A stretch of DNA of 64,000 nucleotides, taken from assembly GCA_963749895.1 (NCBI GenBank), contig CAVVOG010000003.1, positions 987,151 through 1,051,150 of the forward strand, written 5' to 3'. Every line of letters starts with the position of its first letter. Position 1 is the first letter of the stretch. The DNA is from an uncultured Actinomycetes bacterium (GTDB lineage Bacteria > Actinomycetota > UBA4738 > HRBIN12). This document shows positions 46,724 to 56,034 of this stretch, in pieces. The notes under the pieces are model-generated. The model was not told the DNA's origin and searched no databases. It saw only the letters and a program-made list of their open reading frames with translations. The position numbers were made by a program, and so were the translations under genes.

Positions 46724-47024
46724 CGGTCGCGATCGAGGCGTCCTCCTCGAACCGGATCTCCGGGGTCGCCTTCAACCGGACCTGTCGCCCGAGCTCGTGG
46801 CGCAGGTGCGGAGCCGCCGACCGCAGCGCCGCCCGCGAGGCCGCCTTCGCCTTGTCGTCGCCGAACGCCGAGAAGAAGACCCAGGCGACGCGCAGATCCG
46901 GTGAGACCTTCACCCCGGTCACCGTGACGAACCCCACGCGGGGATCCTTCAGCTTCTGGATCTCTTCGGCGAGGATCTCGCGGAACTCCTCGCCGACGCG
47001 GTCGGTGCGCTCGCCCCGTGGCAT
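46665..47024 (-). CDS. rbfA: Ribosome-binding factor A
   Basis: KH-like RbfA core. Start is ATG 47024 (MPRGERTDRVGEEFREILAEEIQKLKDPR), 11 nt downstream of the DUF503 gene stop. Confidence 0.9.
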   Translation of the reverse strand: MPRGERTDRVGEEFREILAEEIQKLKDPRVGFVTVTGVKVSPDLRVAWVFFSAFGDDKAKAASRAALRSAAPHLRHELGRQVRLKATPEIRFEEDASIATGERIDAIIERIHEEETGEA

Positions 47025-47037
47025 CCGACCAGCGTAC

Positions 47038-47331
47038 TCAGTCGTCCGGCCACAGGAGCTGCAACTCAGCATCGATCACCTCGACCTCGGCCCAGCGCTC
47101 GACGAGCTTCTCGACCTCGTGCATCACGCGGCGCAGGTGGTGCTGCTCGGATCCGACCGCCGCCACGGCGATCGCCGCGCGCTGCCACAGATCATGGTGG
47201 TCCACCTCCGCGACGCTCACGGGGAACCTCTGCCGCAGGGCCGCGGACAGAGCCTTCACGACGTGTCGCTTCTCCTTGAGGGAACGACAGCCCGGGATGC
47301 GCAGGTCGAACCGTTCGAGGGCGACCAGCAT
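47038..47331 (-). CDS. DUF503 (YlxP-like) protein
   Basis: 97 aa. The position between infB and rbfA is conserved in Actinobacteria and Firmicutes. Confidence 0.8.
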   Translation of the reverse strand: MLVALERFDLRIPGCRSLKEKRHVVKALSAALRQRFPVSVAEVDHHDLWQRAAIAVAAVGSEQHHLRRVMHEVEKLVERWAEVEVIDAELQLLWPDD

Positions 47332-47335
47332 GGGA

Positions 47336-49531
47336 TCAGATCGAGCGGGCGATCTCCTCGACCTCGTAGACCTCGATGATGTCGCCCTCCTTGACGTCCT
47401 GGAAGTTCGTCAGCCCGATCCCGCACTCGAACCCGTCGCGGACCTCACCGACGTCGTCCTTGAACCGGCGCAGCGACCCAACCTTGCCGTCGTAGACCAC
47501 GACCCCGTCGCGGACCAGCCGCGCGGTCGCGTTGCGGCGGATCGTCCCGGAGCGGACGTAGGACCCTGCGATCACCCCGAGCTTCGGGACACGGAAGGTC
47601 TGGCGGATCTCGGCCTCGCCCAGGATCTTCTCGCGCTCCTCGGGCTTCAGCATGCCGGACAGCGCCGCTTTGATGTCGTCGATCGCGTCGTAGATCACCC
47701 GGTAGACCCGGATGTCGACGCCTTCCTTCTCGGCGAGCTCGCGCGCTCCCGTGTTCGGCCGGACGTTGAACCCGACGATGATCGCGTTGGAGGCCATCGC
47801 GAGCTGGACGTCGTTCTCGGTGATCCCACCGGCGCCGCCTCGGACGATGTTCACCTTTACCTCGTCCTGCGGGAGCTTCAACAGCGAGTCCTCGAGGGCC
47901 TGGAGGGATCCTTGGACGTCGGCCTTCACGATCAGGTTCAGCTCGGCGACGTCGGCGCGCGCGACCTGACGCATCAGGTCCTGCAGCGTCGCACGGCGGC
48001 TCGTCACGAGTTCCGCGGCTCGAGCCTTCGCCTCGCGCTCCTCGGCGATGTGGCGAGCTTCACGCTCGTCCTGCACCTCGCGGAAGTCGTCGCTCGCGCT
48101 CGGGACGTGGCTCCACCCCAGGATCTGGACCGGCTTCGACGGCCCGGCGTGCTCGAGGGGCTGGCCGTTCTCGTCCTGCATCGCGCGGATACGGCAGTAG
48201 GCGGTGCCGGCGACCAGCGCGTCCCCCACCGAGAGCGTCCCCTTCTGGACCAGGACCGTCGCCACCGGACCACGGCCCTTGTCCAGGTGAGCCTCGAGGA
48301 CCGTGCCGCGTGAGTGCCCCGTCGGATCGCCCTTGAGGTCCTGCAGATCGGCCACCACCAAGAGCGTGTCGAGCAGCCCGTCGAGGTTGAGCTGCGCCTT
48401 GGCCGACACGTCGACGAACTCGAAGTCGCCGCCCCACTCCGCGGGGACGATCCCGCGCTCGACCATCTGCGTGCGCACGCGGTTCGGGTCGGCCTCTTCC
48501 TTGTCGACCTTGTTCACGGCCACCACGATCGGCACGTTGGCCGCCTTCGCGTGATCGAGGGCCTCGACCGTCTGCGGCATCACGCCGTCGTCCGCGGCCA
48601 CCACGAGCACCGCGATGTCGGTGACGCTCGCTCCGCGGGCCCGCATCGCCGTGAACGCCTCGTGGCCCGGGGTGTCGATGAAGGTGATGTCGCGGTCGCC
48701 CACGTGCGCCTGGTAGGCGCCGATGTGCTGCGTGATGCCGCCGAACTCCCCCGCGACGACGTTCGTCGAGCGGATCGCGTCGAGGAGCTTCGTCTTGCCG
48801 TGGTCGACGTGGCCCATGATCGTCACGACCGGGGCTCGCGGCACGAGGTTCGCTTCGTCGACATCCTCGGCCTCCTCCTCGGTCTTCAGCTCGTCCTCGA
48901 GCCCCACGACGTCGACGTCGTAGCCGAGCTGGTCGGCGACGAGCTCGATCGCGCCATCGGTCAGCGACGTGGTGGCGGTGACCATCTCGCCGGCCAGGAA
49001 CAGGACCTTCACGATGTCGGCCGGTGACCGGTCGAGCTTCTCCGCCAGCGTCTGGGGGGTCGATCCGTGGATCACCTGGAGGACCGGACGGGACGGCTTC
49101 GCAGGCTCGGGCTTCGGCGTCGTCGGCGCCGTCGCTGCCGGGGTCGGAGCGGCGGCGGGCGTGGCAGGAACCGTGGCCGCCTGCGCCTCGGACGGGGCAG
49201 GAGGAGCGGGAGCCTCGGTCGCCGTCGCCTCGGCCTTGGGCTCGGGCTCGGCCTTCGGCTTGGGCTCGGCCTTCGGCTTGGGCTCGGCCTTCGGCTTGGG
49301 CTCGGCCTTCGGCTTGGGCTTCGGTTTGCGCGGCTGCGTCGGCGGCTCGAGGACCTCGCGTGACTTCGCCACGGTCGCCGTCGCCTTCCCGCCGGACGCG
49401 CGGAGCCGCGGGACCATGTCCTCGGGCACGCTGGATGAGGCGGACTTGCCCTCCACCCCCATCTGAGCGAGCGCCGCCAGCAGTTCCTTGCTGGTGACAC
49501 CCAGCTCCTTGGCCAGCTCGTGAACCCTCAC
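47336..49531 (-). CDS. infB: Translation initiation factor IF-2
   Basis: N-terminal domain, a Pro/Lys/Ala/Glu-rich linker, a G-domain ([12 protein letters not shown]) and a C-terminal beta-barrel. Confidence 0.95.
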   Translation of the reverse strand: MRVHELAKELGVTSKELLAALAQMGVEGKSASSSVPEDMVPRLRASGGKATATVAKSREVLEPPTQPRKPKPKPKAEPKPKAEPKPKAEPKPKAEPEPKAEATATEAPAPPAPSEAQAATVPATPAAAPTPAATAPTTPKPEPAKPSRPVLQVIHGSTPQTLAEKLDRSPADIVKVLFLAGEMVTATTSLTDGAIELVADQLGYDVDVVGLEDELKTEEEAEDVDEANLVPRAPVVTIMGHVDHGKTKLLDAIRSTNVVAGEFGGITQHIGAYQAHVGDRDITFIDTPGHEAFTAMRARGASVTDIAVLVVAADDGVMPQTVEALDHAKAANVPIVVAVNKVDKEEADPNRVRTQMVERGIVPAEWGGDFEFVDVSAKAQLNLDGLLDTLLVVADLQDLKGDPTGHSRGTVLEAHLDKGRGPVATVLVQKGTLSVGDALVAGTAYCRIRAMQDENGQPLEHAGPSKPVQILGWSHVPSASDDFREVQDEREARHIAEEREAKARAAELVTSRRATLQDLMRQVARADVAELNLIVKADVQGSLQALEDSLLKLPQDEVKVNIVRGGAGGITENDVQLAMASNAIIVGFNVRPNTGARELAEKEGVDIRVYRVIYDAIDDIKAALSGMLKPEEREKILGEAEIRQTFRVPKLGVIAGSYVRSGTIRRNATARLVRDGVVVYDGKVGSLRRFKDDVGEVRDGFECGIGLTNFQDVKEGDIIEVYEVEEIARSI
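49238..49330. repeat. 18-bp tandem repeat (about 5 copies of GGCTCGGCCTTCGGCTTG) inside infB, encoding the (KPKAEP)n linker
   Basis: Visible as a repeated sequence string. The protein reads [30 protein letters not shown]. Confidence 0.7.
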
Positions 49532-49800
49532 GTGTCCCTCAACATCCTTTCCAGAAACGCCCTTAGCCTACCGACTTCGTCCGATCCCACACCCGCCCGC
49601 AGCGCTCGTCCGATCGCGCCCCGACGCAGCGCCGCGTCGACGCAGCCGGGGTCCCGATGGACGTACGCCCCTCGTCCTGGAGCCACCGCGCGCTCATCGA
49701 CGTCGACCCGTCCGTCCGGTCCACGGACCAGGCGCAGCAGCGAGCCCTTCGGCGCCGTACCCCGGCACCCGACGCAGGTGCGGACCGGGGCCGACCCCAC
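49528..49800 (-). CDS. YlxR family (DUF448) RNA-binding protein
   Basis: RTCVGCR signature motif. Located between nusA and infB with 4-nt overlaps. Confidence 0.8.
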   Translation of the reverse strand: MGSAPVRTCVGCRGTAPKGSLLRLVRGPDGRVDVDERAVAPGRGAYVHRDPGCVDAALRRGAIGRALRAGVGSDEVGRLRAFLERMLRDT

Positions 49801-49801
49801 C

Positions 49802-50851
49802 TCAGCCCTCCGCGGGAGCCTCCGGCGTGGAGGCCTGCGTCTCGGACTTGATGTCGATCCGCCACCCCGTGAGCCGCGCCGCGAGGCGCGCGTTCTGGCC
49901 CTCCTTGCCGATCGCGAGGGACAGCTGATAGTCGGGGACGATCACCTGCGCGGTCTGGGAGTCCGGATCGATCCGGACCTCCTTGACCTTCGCCGGCTGG
50001 AGCGCATTCGCCACGAGCTCGGCGGGGTTGTCGGACCACGGGACCACGTCGATCTTCTCGCCGCGGAGCTCCGTGACCACGTTGCGGACGCGCGAACCCT
50101 TCGGCCCCACGCACGCACCGACGGGATCGACCGCGGGTTCGTACGAGAACACCGCGATCTTCGAGCGGTGCCCGGGCTCGCGCGCGACGCCCTTGATCTC
50201 GACGACGCCGTCCTCGATCTCGGGCACCTCGAGCTCGAACAGCTTCTTCAGCAGTCCGGGGTGGGTCCTCGACACGACGATCTGCGGGCCCTTCGCGCCG
50301 CGCCTGACCTCCGTGATGAACGCCTTGAGCCGCTCGCCGTTGCGGTACGGCTCGGAGGGGACCTGTTCCGCCTGCGGCAGGAGCGCCTCGACCTTGCCCA
50401 GGTCGAGCAGCGTGTAGCGACGTTCGGACTGCTGCACGATGCCCGTGACGATGTCGCCCTCTCGACCGGCGAACTCCTCGTAGGTCATCTCGCGCTCGGC
50501 GTCGCGGAGCTTCTGGAAGATCACCTGCTTGGCGGTCTGGGCGCCGATCCGTCCCTTGAAGTCCTCGGCGACCTCGACCTCCTCCTCGGAACGGATCTCC
50601 ATCACGAGGGTCTCGCCGTCCTCCGCCTCGACCTCGTCGAGCACCTGCTGGAACATCCGCATCTCACCGGTCTCGGGGTCGATCTCGGCGCGGAACCCGA
50701 CGAAATCGTCGTCGGCGGTGGGGTTCTCCTGCTTCCAGGCGGACTTGTAGGCGGCGGCCATCGCCTCCTCCAGGCCCTGGAGGATGGTCTCGAACGCGAT
50801 GCCCTTCTCGCGCTCCAGTTCCCGGAGCGCCGCGATCATCTCTGCGTTCAT
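49802..50851 (-). CDS. nusA: Transcription termination/antitermination factor NusA
   Basis: N-terminal RNAP-binding domain, then S1 and two KH domains. Start is ATG 50851 (MNAEMIAALRELEREKG). The 157 upstream track codons are artifact. Confidence 0.9.
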   Translation of the reverse strand: MNAEMIAALRELEREKGIAFETILQGLEEAMAAAYKSAWKQENPTADDDFVGFRAEIDPETGEMRMFQQVLDEVEAEDGETLVMEIRSEEEVEVAEDFKGRIGAQTAKQVIFQKLRDAEREMTYEEFAGREGDIVTGIVQQSERRYTLLDLGKVEALLPQAEQVPSEPYRNGERLKAFITEVRRGAKGPQIVVSRTHPGLLKKLFELEVPEIEDGVVEIKGVAREPGHRSKIAVFSYEPAVDPVGACVGPKGSRVRNVVTELRGEKIDVVPWSDNPAELVANALQPAKVKEVRIDPDSQTAQVIVPDYQLSLAIGKEGQNARLAARLTGWRIDIKSETQASTPEAPAEG

Positions 50852-51312
50852 GCCCTGCTCCCCTTCAGTTCCGCGTCCCAGTCGGCGACGGTCCTCGCCG
50901 AGGTCACCGCGTCGAGCGCCACCGTGCGCTCCACGCCGTCGACCTCGATCGTGACGGTCGCGTCGTCGGCCGCGACGAGCGTGCCCGCGTGCACCCGCGC
51001 GCCTTCGACCGGATCGCTCGTCTTCACCTTCACCTGCGTCCCCACGAACCGCCGGAACTGCGCCGGCGTCTTCAGCGGACGCTCGATCCCGGGCGAGCTG
51101 ACCTCCAGCTCGTAGCGCCCGCGACCGAAGTCTTCGAGGTCCAGCCGTCGCGACACCTTCTCGGAGAGCGCCGAAAGCGCTTCGAGATCCATGTCCTCGC
51201 GGTCGACCGTCACCCGGAGGATCTGGCGCCCGCCCTCGCGGCGGAACACCACTTCCACCAGTTCGTAGCCGGCCCCCTCGACGACGGGCCGGAGCAGCGT
51301 CTCCGCCTCCAT
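50848..51312 (-). CDS. rimP: Ribosome maturation factor RimP
   Basis: 154 aa RimP. ATG 51312 has a GAGGAGG SD sequence. Forms an ATGA overlap with nusA. Confidence 0.9.
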   Translation of the reverse strand: MEAETLLRPVVEGAGYELVEVVFRREGGRQILRVTVDREDMDLEALSALSEKVSRRLDLEDFGRGRYELEVSSPGIERPLKTPAQFRRFVGTQVKVKTSDPVEGARVHAGTLVAADDATVTIEVDGVERTVALDAVTSARTVADWDAELKGSRA

Positions 51313-51330
51313 CCGGTCCCACCTCCTCGA

Positions 51331-51355
51331 AGAAAAAGGTGGGCGCGCGCCCACC
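51331..51355 (-). terminator. Intrinsic terminator/attenuator: GGTGGGCGCGCGCCCACC hairpin followed by a T-tract on the minus strand, immediately 5' of the rimP SD
   Basis: Perfect 18-nt GC palindrome followed by TTTTTCT on the transcribed strand. It lies between the proS-like stop and the rimP start. Confidence 0.6.
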
Positions 51356-51419
51356 TCCGGCTCGTGCAACGGTACGTCTGTCGTTGGGGAGTATAGCGGA
51401 GGCCGTCCCGCGGAGCCGC

Positions 51420-52637
51420 TCAGGGCAGTCGATCGAGGCCCGCGAGGATCTCCTCGGGGAGGTCGGTCAAGGCGACGGAGGCGGTGTCGCCGGTGTGGCG
51501 GAGCGTCAGATCGCCCAGGCCGTCGGCGACACCGCGGGTTCCCACCGTCGCCCGCAGCGGCGACCCGAGCAGGTCGGCGTCGGCGAACTTGCGCCCGGCC
51601 CGCTCGACCCGGTCGTCGAGGTAGACCGTGGCGCCGCCCGCCTCGAGCGCGTCGTGGAGGTCGGCGGCTGCGGCCGCGGCCCGGGTGTCGTCGGGCGTGA
51701 CCAGCACGACCGTCACCGCGAACGGGGCGAGCGCCCGCGGCCACACCGGCCCCTTCTCGTCGGCGCACCGGACGGCGGTCGCCCGGACGAGCGCCTCGGG
51801 GTCGACCACGCTATCGCGGGCGACCACGAGCCCCCGGCGGGCCTGCAAGGGCGTCCCGCACGCCGGACACGGGTCGCCCTCGCGTGCGGGCACGAGGTCG
51901 GCCCAGGTGTCGACGGCCACATCGCGGCCGATCACGAGCCCCTTCACGTGGTGATCGTCGAGGTTCGCTCCGGCCGCCCACGCCCCGCGGGAGGCGACGC
52001 CGTGATCGGCCACGACCGTCGCCCCCGGATGGTCGTGGGGACCCATGAACCCCTTGGAAAGCTCGCGACGGGCGAAGCCGTCCTCGTCGAGCCGCGCGAG
52101 CGTCCCCGGCGCGACCACCGCGGCGAGCTTGCCCTCGTCGACGGCACGGTCCCCGGGCACGATCGCGAGGAGCAGGGCCCCGTCGACCTCGTAGGCCATC
52201 GTCTTGAGGTTCGCCTCGACCGGCAGGCCGAGCGCCTCGGCCGCCGTCTTCATCGTGGTCGCCCCGGGCGTCGGCACGACCTCGAGGACCGCTGAGCCGT
52301 CCGGCGGCACGGGCTCGGGAACCCGGCGGGAGGCCGCCGAAAGGGTGGCGGCGTCTCCGCACGATGGGCAGACGAGCAGCCGTAAGTCGCCCTCGTCGAT
52401 CGTCACGACCGAGAGCGACGCGTCCGCGTCGCGGGCCGCGATCACGTCGAGGCCGACCGCCGCGGGGTCGAGCGAGCTTGCACGCTCGAACACACGCTCT
52501 CCGAGCCAGGTCCGCTCGAGCGACCCGTCGACGTTGCGGACGAGGTACCCGCCACGGACCAAGAGGCGGTCGGCCTCGCCGCGGACGCCCGCAGGCGCAT
52601 CGCGGAGCGTGGCGATCGTGTGCTCGGTGGCGCGCAT
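51420..52637 (-). CDS. Truncated ProRS-like protein retaining the N-terminal segment, INS editing domain and anticodon-binding domain, but lacking class II catalytic motifs 2 and 3
   Basis: The N-terminus MRATEHTIATLRDAPAGV..ADRLLVRGGYLVR matches bacterial ProRS. An INS/YbaK-like block (VVPTPGATTMKTAAEALGLPVEANLKTMAYEV...) and an anticodon-binding block (...VWPRALAPFAVTVVLV...YLDDRVERAGRKFADADLLGSP) follow. At 405 aa it is about 170 aa shorter than bacterial ProRS. The FRDE/MKDAYSF and GCYGIG motifs are absent. Confidence 0.7.
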   Translation of the reverse strand: MRATEHTIATLRDAPAGVRGEADRLLVRGGYLVRNVDGSLERTWLGERVFERASSLDPAAVGLDVIAARDADASLSVVTIDEGDLRLLVCPSCGDAATLSAASRRVPEPVPPDGSAVLEVVPTPGATTMKTAAEALGLPVEANLKTMAYEVDGALLLAIVPGDRAVDEGKLAAVVAPGTLARLDEDGFARRELSKGFMGPHDHPGATVVADHGVASRGAWAAGANLDDHHVKGLVIGRDVAVDTWADLVPAREGDPCPACGTPLQARRGLVVARDSVVDPEALVRATAVRCADEKGPVWPRALAPFAVTVVLVTPDDTRAAAAAADLHDALEAGGATVYLDDRVERAGRKFADADLLGSPLRATVGTRGVADGLGDLTLRHTGDTASVALTDLPEEILAGLDRLP

Positions 52638-52837
52638 CGGCTCGGCACGCTACCAGCCGTCGTTGACGCACCCTTCGACACCGTGCCACCATCGCCGTCC
52701 GATGTCGACGCGGCAGAGCTGGTGGTGGCCCCAGGGCTCGTGAGCCTGGTGCCACCGCGCGACGCCGCACCCGCATCACCCACGAGCCCCGGGCCCCCAG
52801 GTCCGGGGTTCTCGCGTTTCCGAGAGGATGTGACCCG

Positions 52838-54313
52838 ATGGAGCTGCAGATCCGACCCGACCGGGACGAGTTCGACCGCCTCGCGGCCGACTGGCCGCTG
52901 GTCCCCGTCTGGGCGGAGCTGCTCGCCGACGTCGCCACCCCCGTGGGCCTGTTCGACGCCGTCGCCGGCGACGGCCCCGGGATCCTGCTCGAGTCGGTCG
53001 AGCGCTCGGAGCGCTGGGGCCGCTACTCGTTCGTCGCCGGCGATCCGGCGGCGACCCTCGTGGTCGACCGCGACGGCGCCCGACTCGAGGACGTCGCGCG
53101 TGACCTCCCGGCGGTCCCGGACGCGGAACCTCGCGAGGCCCTGACCCTGTTCGCCCACGCGCTCCGGGGACCGCGGCTCCCCGACCTCCCGCCGCTCACC
53201 GGAGGGCTGATGGGGATGCTCGCGTACGAGGCCGCCGGCCTCCTCGACGGACATCCCGCCCCGCGCGCCGACGATGCGCCGTGCCCGCCGATCTCGCTGC
53301 TCGTGATCGACCGCGCCGTCGTGTTCGATCACTGGCGCCAGCGGATCGTGCTGGTGGCCCACGCCCCGGCCGGCGGCTACGACGACGCCGTGGCCGCGCT
53401 CGGCGAGCTCGCCCGGAAGATCGCCGGCGCCACCCCCCCGCCGATCGCCCAGATGGGCTCGCCCGATCTGGCCGACGGCGACCCGAACATGCCCGATCAG
53501 CGCTACCGCGACACCGTCGCCACCTTCAAGGAGCACATCCTCGCCGGCGACATCTTCCAGGGCGTCCCCTCGCGTCGGGTCTCGTTCCCGGCGCCCGGGG
53601 GCGGCTTCCCGATCTACCGGCGTCTGCGGGTCACGAACCCCGCGCCCTACATGTTCTATCTCCGGCTGGGTTCGATGGAGCTCGCCGGCTCCTCACCCGA
53701 GCCGCTCGTGCGCGTCGAAGGCCGCCGCGTCTCGACCCGCCCGATCGCCGGCACCCGTCCCCGCGGCCAGACCGAGGTCCGCGACCGCCTCCTGGAGCAC
53801 GAGCTGCTCGCCGACCCGAAGGAGCAGGCCGAGCACGCGATGCTCGTCGACCTCGCCCGTAACGACCTCGGGCGCGTCTGCGTCCCCGGCTCGGTCCGCC
53901 CGACCGAGCTGATGCAGGTCGAGCGGTTCACGAAGGTGATGCACATCGTCTCGACCGTGGAGGGCGAGCTCCGCGAGGACCAGCACGCCCTCGACGCGCT
54001 CGCCGTGACCTTCCCCGCCGGCACCGTCACCGGCGCCCCGAAACGCCGAGCGATGGAGCTGATCGCCGAGCACGAGCCGACCCCCCGCGGCCCCTACGCC
54101 GGCGCGGTCGGGTACCTCACGTTCGCCGGCGACCTCGACTTCTGCATCACGATCCGCACCGCGGTCGTCACCGACGGCGTCGTGAGCGTCCAGGCCGGCG
54201 CCGGCGTCGTCGCCGACTCCGACCCCGAGACCGAGCTCCGCGAGACGAAGGCGAAGGCCGCCGGTCTGATCCCGGCCGTGGCGCCGGCAGGCGCGAAGGA
54301 GACCGCCCGATGA
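52838..54313 (+). CDS. Anthranilate synthase component I family (TrpE/PabB chorismate-utilizing enzyme)
   Basis: LLESxERxxxGRYSF motif and the chorismate-binding C-terminal domain. Forms an ATGA overlap with the downstream amidotransferase. Confidence 0.9.
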   Translation: MELQIRPDRDEFDRLAADWPLVPVWAELLADVATPVGLFDAVAGDGPGILLESVERSERWGRYSFVAGDPAATLVVDRDGARLEDVARDLPAVPDAEPREALTLFAHALRGPRLPDLPPLTGGLMGMLAYEAAGLLDGHPAPRADDAPCPPISLLVIDRAVVFDHWRQRIVLVAHAPAGGYDDAVAALGELARKIAGATPPPIAQMGSPDLADGDPNMPDQRYRDTVATFKEHILAGDIFQGVPSRRVSFPAPGGGFPIYRRLRVTNPAPYMFYLRLGSMELAGSSPEPLVRVEGRRVSTRPIAGTRPRGQTEVRDRLLEHELLADPKEQAEHAMLVDLARNDLGRVCVPGSVRPTELMQVERFTKVMHIVSTVEGELREDQHALDALAVTFPAGTVTGAPKRRAMELIAEHEPTPRGPYAGAVGYLTFAGDLDFCITIRTAVVTDGVVSVQAGAGVVADSDPETELRETKAKAAGLIPAVAPAGAKETAR

Positions 54314-54876
54314 TCCTCGTCGTCGACCACTACGACTCGTTCACCTACAACCTCGTCCAGCTCGTCGAGTCGCTCGGCCGCGACACGACGGTCGTGAAGT
54401 CGGACGAGAAGCCCGCCGACGAGTTGGTCACCCTCGAGCCCGAGGCGGTGATCCTCTCCCCCGGCCCCGGCCACCCCCGCGACGCCGGCTGCTTCACCGA
54501 GCTGCTCGACACCCTGCCCGCCACGACCCCCGTGCTCGGCGTGTGCCTCGGCCACCAGGCCCTCGGCCTGCAGTGCGGCGGCACGGTCGACCGCGCCGCC
54601 CCGGTCCACGGCAAGGCCTCGCTCGTCTACCACGAGGGCCGCGGGATCCTCGAGGGCGTCACCGTCCCGTTCGAGGCGGGCCGCTACCACTCGCTCGTCG
54701 TCGAACGCGACGACCTGCCCGAGGAGCTCGAGCTCACCGCCTGGACCGAGGACGGTCTCGTGATGGCCGCCCAGCACCGCGAGCTGCCGCGGTTCGGCGT
54801 CCAGTTCCACCCCGAGAGCATCCTGACCCCCGAGGGCCCCAGGATCGTCGAGAACTTCCTGCGCCTCGCGAGCTGA
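54310..54876 (+). CDS. Glutamine amidotransferase component II (TrpG/PabA)
   Basis: Class I GATase triad (GVCLGHQ...HPES). Confidence 0.9.
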   Translation: MILVVDHYDSFTYNLVQLVESLGRDTTVVKSDEKPADELVTLEPEAVILSPGPGHPRDAGCFTELLDTLPATTPVLGVCLGHQALGLQCGGTVDRAAPVHGKASLVYHEGRGILEGVTVPFEAGRYHSLVVERDDLPEELELTAWTEDGLVMAAQHRELPRFGVQFHPESILTPEGPRIVENFLRLAS

Positions 54877-54885
54877 CGGGTTCGG

Positions 54886-55344
54886 TCAAGGTTGCCGGGT
54901 ACCCTGCTCCGCGCACTCGCGACCGACGCGTTCGATCCTGAGGAGCATCGCGGCAGACGGCGTCACCTTGCCGCTCGCGTAGGTGCTCAGTCGGGGCGCG
55001 CTGGTCCCCACCATCTCCGCGAACCTCGCGCTGGTGAGACCCGATCTGGCCACGGCCTCCCGTACCCTCGCGGCGGCCTCCCGTCGATCGGCACGATCCG
55101 CGTCGGCGCGCGCCCGATCGATCGCGAGGGAGAAGAGCATGCTCACCTGGTCCGGCTCGCGATACGAGAGGTACCGCTCGACCCGACGCGCCACCCGTCC
55201 CCACGGCGAACGGCGGATCTCGGCGAAGACGGGCTTCCAGTCCGACACGAGGCCCCTGTCGATCACGATGACGAGCGCTTCGTAGGGCCAGGTGCGGACG
55301 TCGTCGGTCGGGGACGCGTCGACGTTGCGGAACTCGACCGGCAT
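54886..55344 (-). CDS. Small protein with a C-terminal XRE-like HTH (putative antitoxin/regulator partner of the AbiEii-like gene)
   Basis: MPVEFRNVDASPTDDVRTWPYEALVIV... followed by a C-terminal HTH (GLTSARFAEMVGTSAPRLSTYASGKVTPSAAMLLRIERV). Its start overlaps the upstream gene's stop. Confidence 0.6.
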   Translation of the reverse strand: MPVEFRNVDASPTDDVRTWPYEALVIVIDRGLVSDWKPVFAEIRRSPWGRVARRVERYLSYREPDQVSMLFSLAIDRARADADRADRREAAARVREAVARSGLTSARFAEMVGTSAPRLSTYASGKVTPSAAMLLRIERVGRECAEQGTRQP

Positions 55345-56024
55345 CAGACCGCACCCGCCAGCTCGAGCGCCAGCGACCGGCACGTATCGACGACATCGCC
55401 CCACCGGTGGTAGCGCTCGTCCAAGCCCTTGTACCGGGGCAGCTCTTCGATGACGTCGCGGTCCCGCGGGCTCGGATCCGCGAGAGCGATCACCAGCGAC
55501 GTCAGGACCGAGCCCTCCTCCTCCGACCGGTCGGCGTAGTAGGCGTCGATCCCGGACAGCGTCTCGACGGCCGCTCCTTGTCCGAGGTGGTCCGCCAGCG
55601 CGACCACGTCCAGGTAGTCGCGGACGACGTTACGCTGCACGACGAGGTACGCCTTCACCCGCAGGGTCTCGGCTGCGGTCGGCGCGACCACGACCGCGCC
55701 GTCGCCGACCTCCACCTCACAGATCTCGAGAGGCCGCGTGCGCCGCATCTGGCGCAGACCGGCTTCGATGCCCCCCAGCCGACCCATGATGGTGAACGGA
55801 GGCTTGGAGGCCCGCACCGACGTCGCCCACCCCTCCGTCGCCTCCACGGCTTCGAGCACCGACTCGTACCGCTCGACGAGATCGGCGAGCACGTGGGGGT
55901 GATCGAAAGAGTCCCGATGACCGGCATGCAGCGCGGCCGCTGCCCCGCCGACGAGGACGGCGTCGGGCACGACCCCCTGGAGCCTGGCCGCCGAGATGAG
56001 AACCCGTTCCAACGTGCCGCCCAT
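55344..56024 (-). CDS. Nucleotidyltransferase-fold protein of the AbiEii/DUF1814-like family (putative type IV toxin)
   Basis: N-terminal LVGGAAAALHAGHRDSFDHPH, which resembles the AbiEii GG(S/T)AL...R.S.D.D motif with the second Asp replaced by His. C-terminal RDYLDV resembles the AbiEii RD(L/I)(Y/F)D(L/I) motif. 226 aa. Confidence 0.55.
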   Translation of the reverse strand: MGGTLERVLISAARLQGVVPDAVLVGGAAAALHAGHRDSFDHPHVLADLVERYESVLEAVEATEGWATSVRASKPPFTIMGRLGGIEAGLRQMRRTRPLEICEVEVGDGAVVVAPTAAETLRVKAYLVVQRNVVRDYLDVVALADHLGQGAAVETLSGIDAYYADRSEEEGSVLTSLVIALADPSPRDRDVIEELPRYKGLDERYHRWGDVVDTCRSLALELAGAV

Positions 56025-56034
56025 CGACGGTGCT

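Noticed and set aside
52638-52837. Divergent 200-bp region between the proS-like gene and trpE/pabB, considered for a T-box or Trp leader-peptide attenuator.
   Set aside because: No tandem Trp codons, short leader ORF or T-box specifier/antiterminator features were seen. It is probably just a divergent promoter region.
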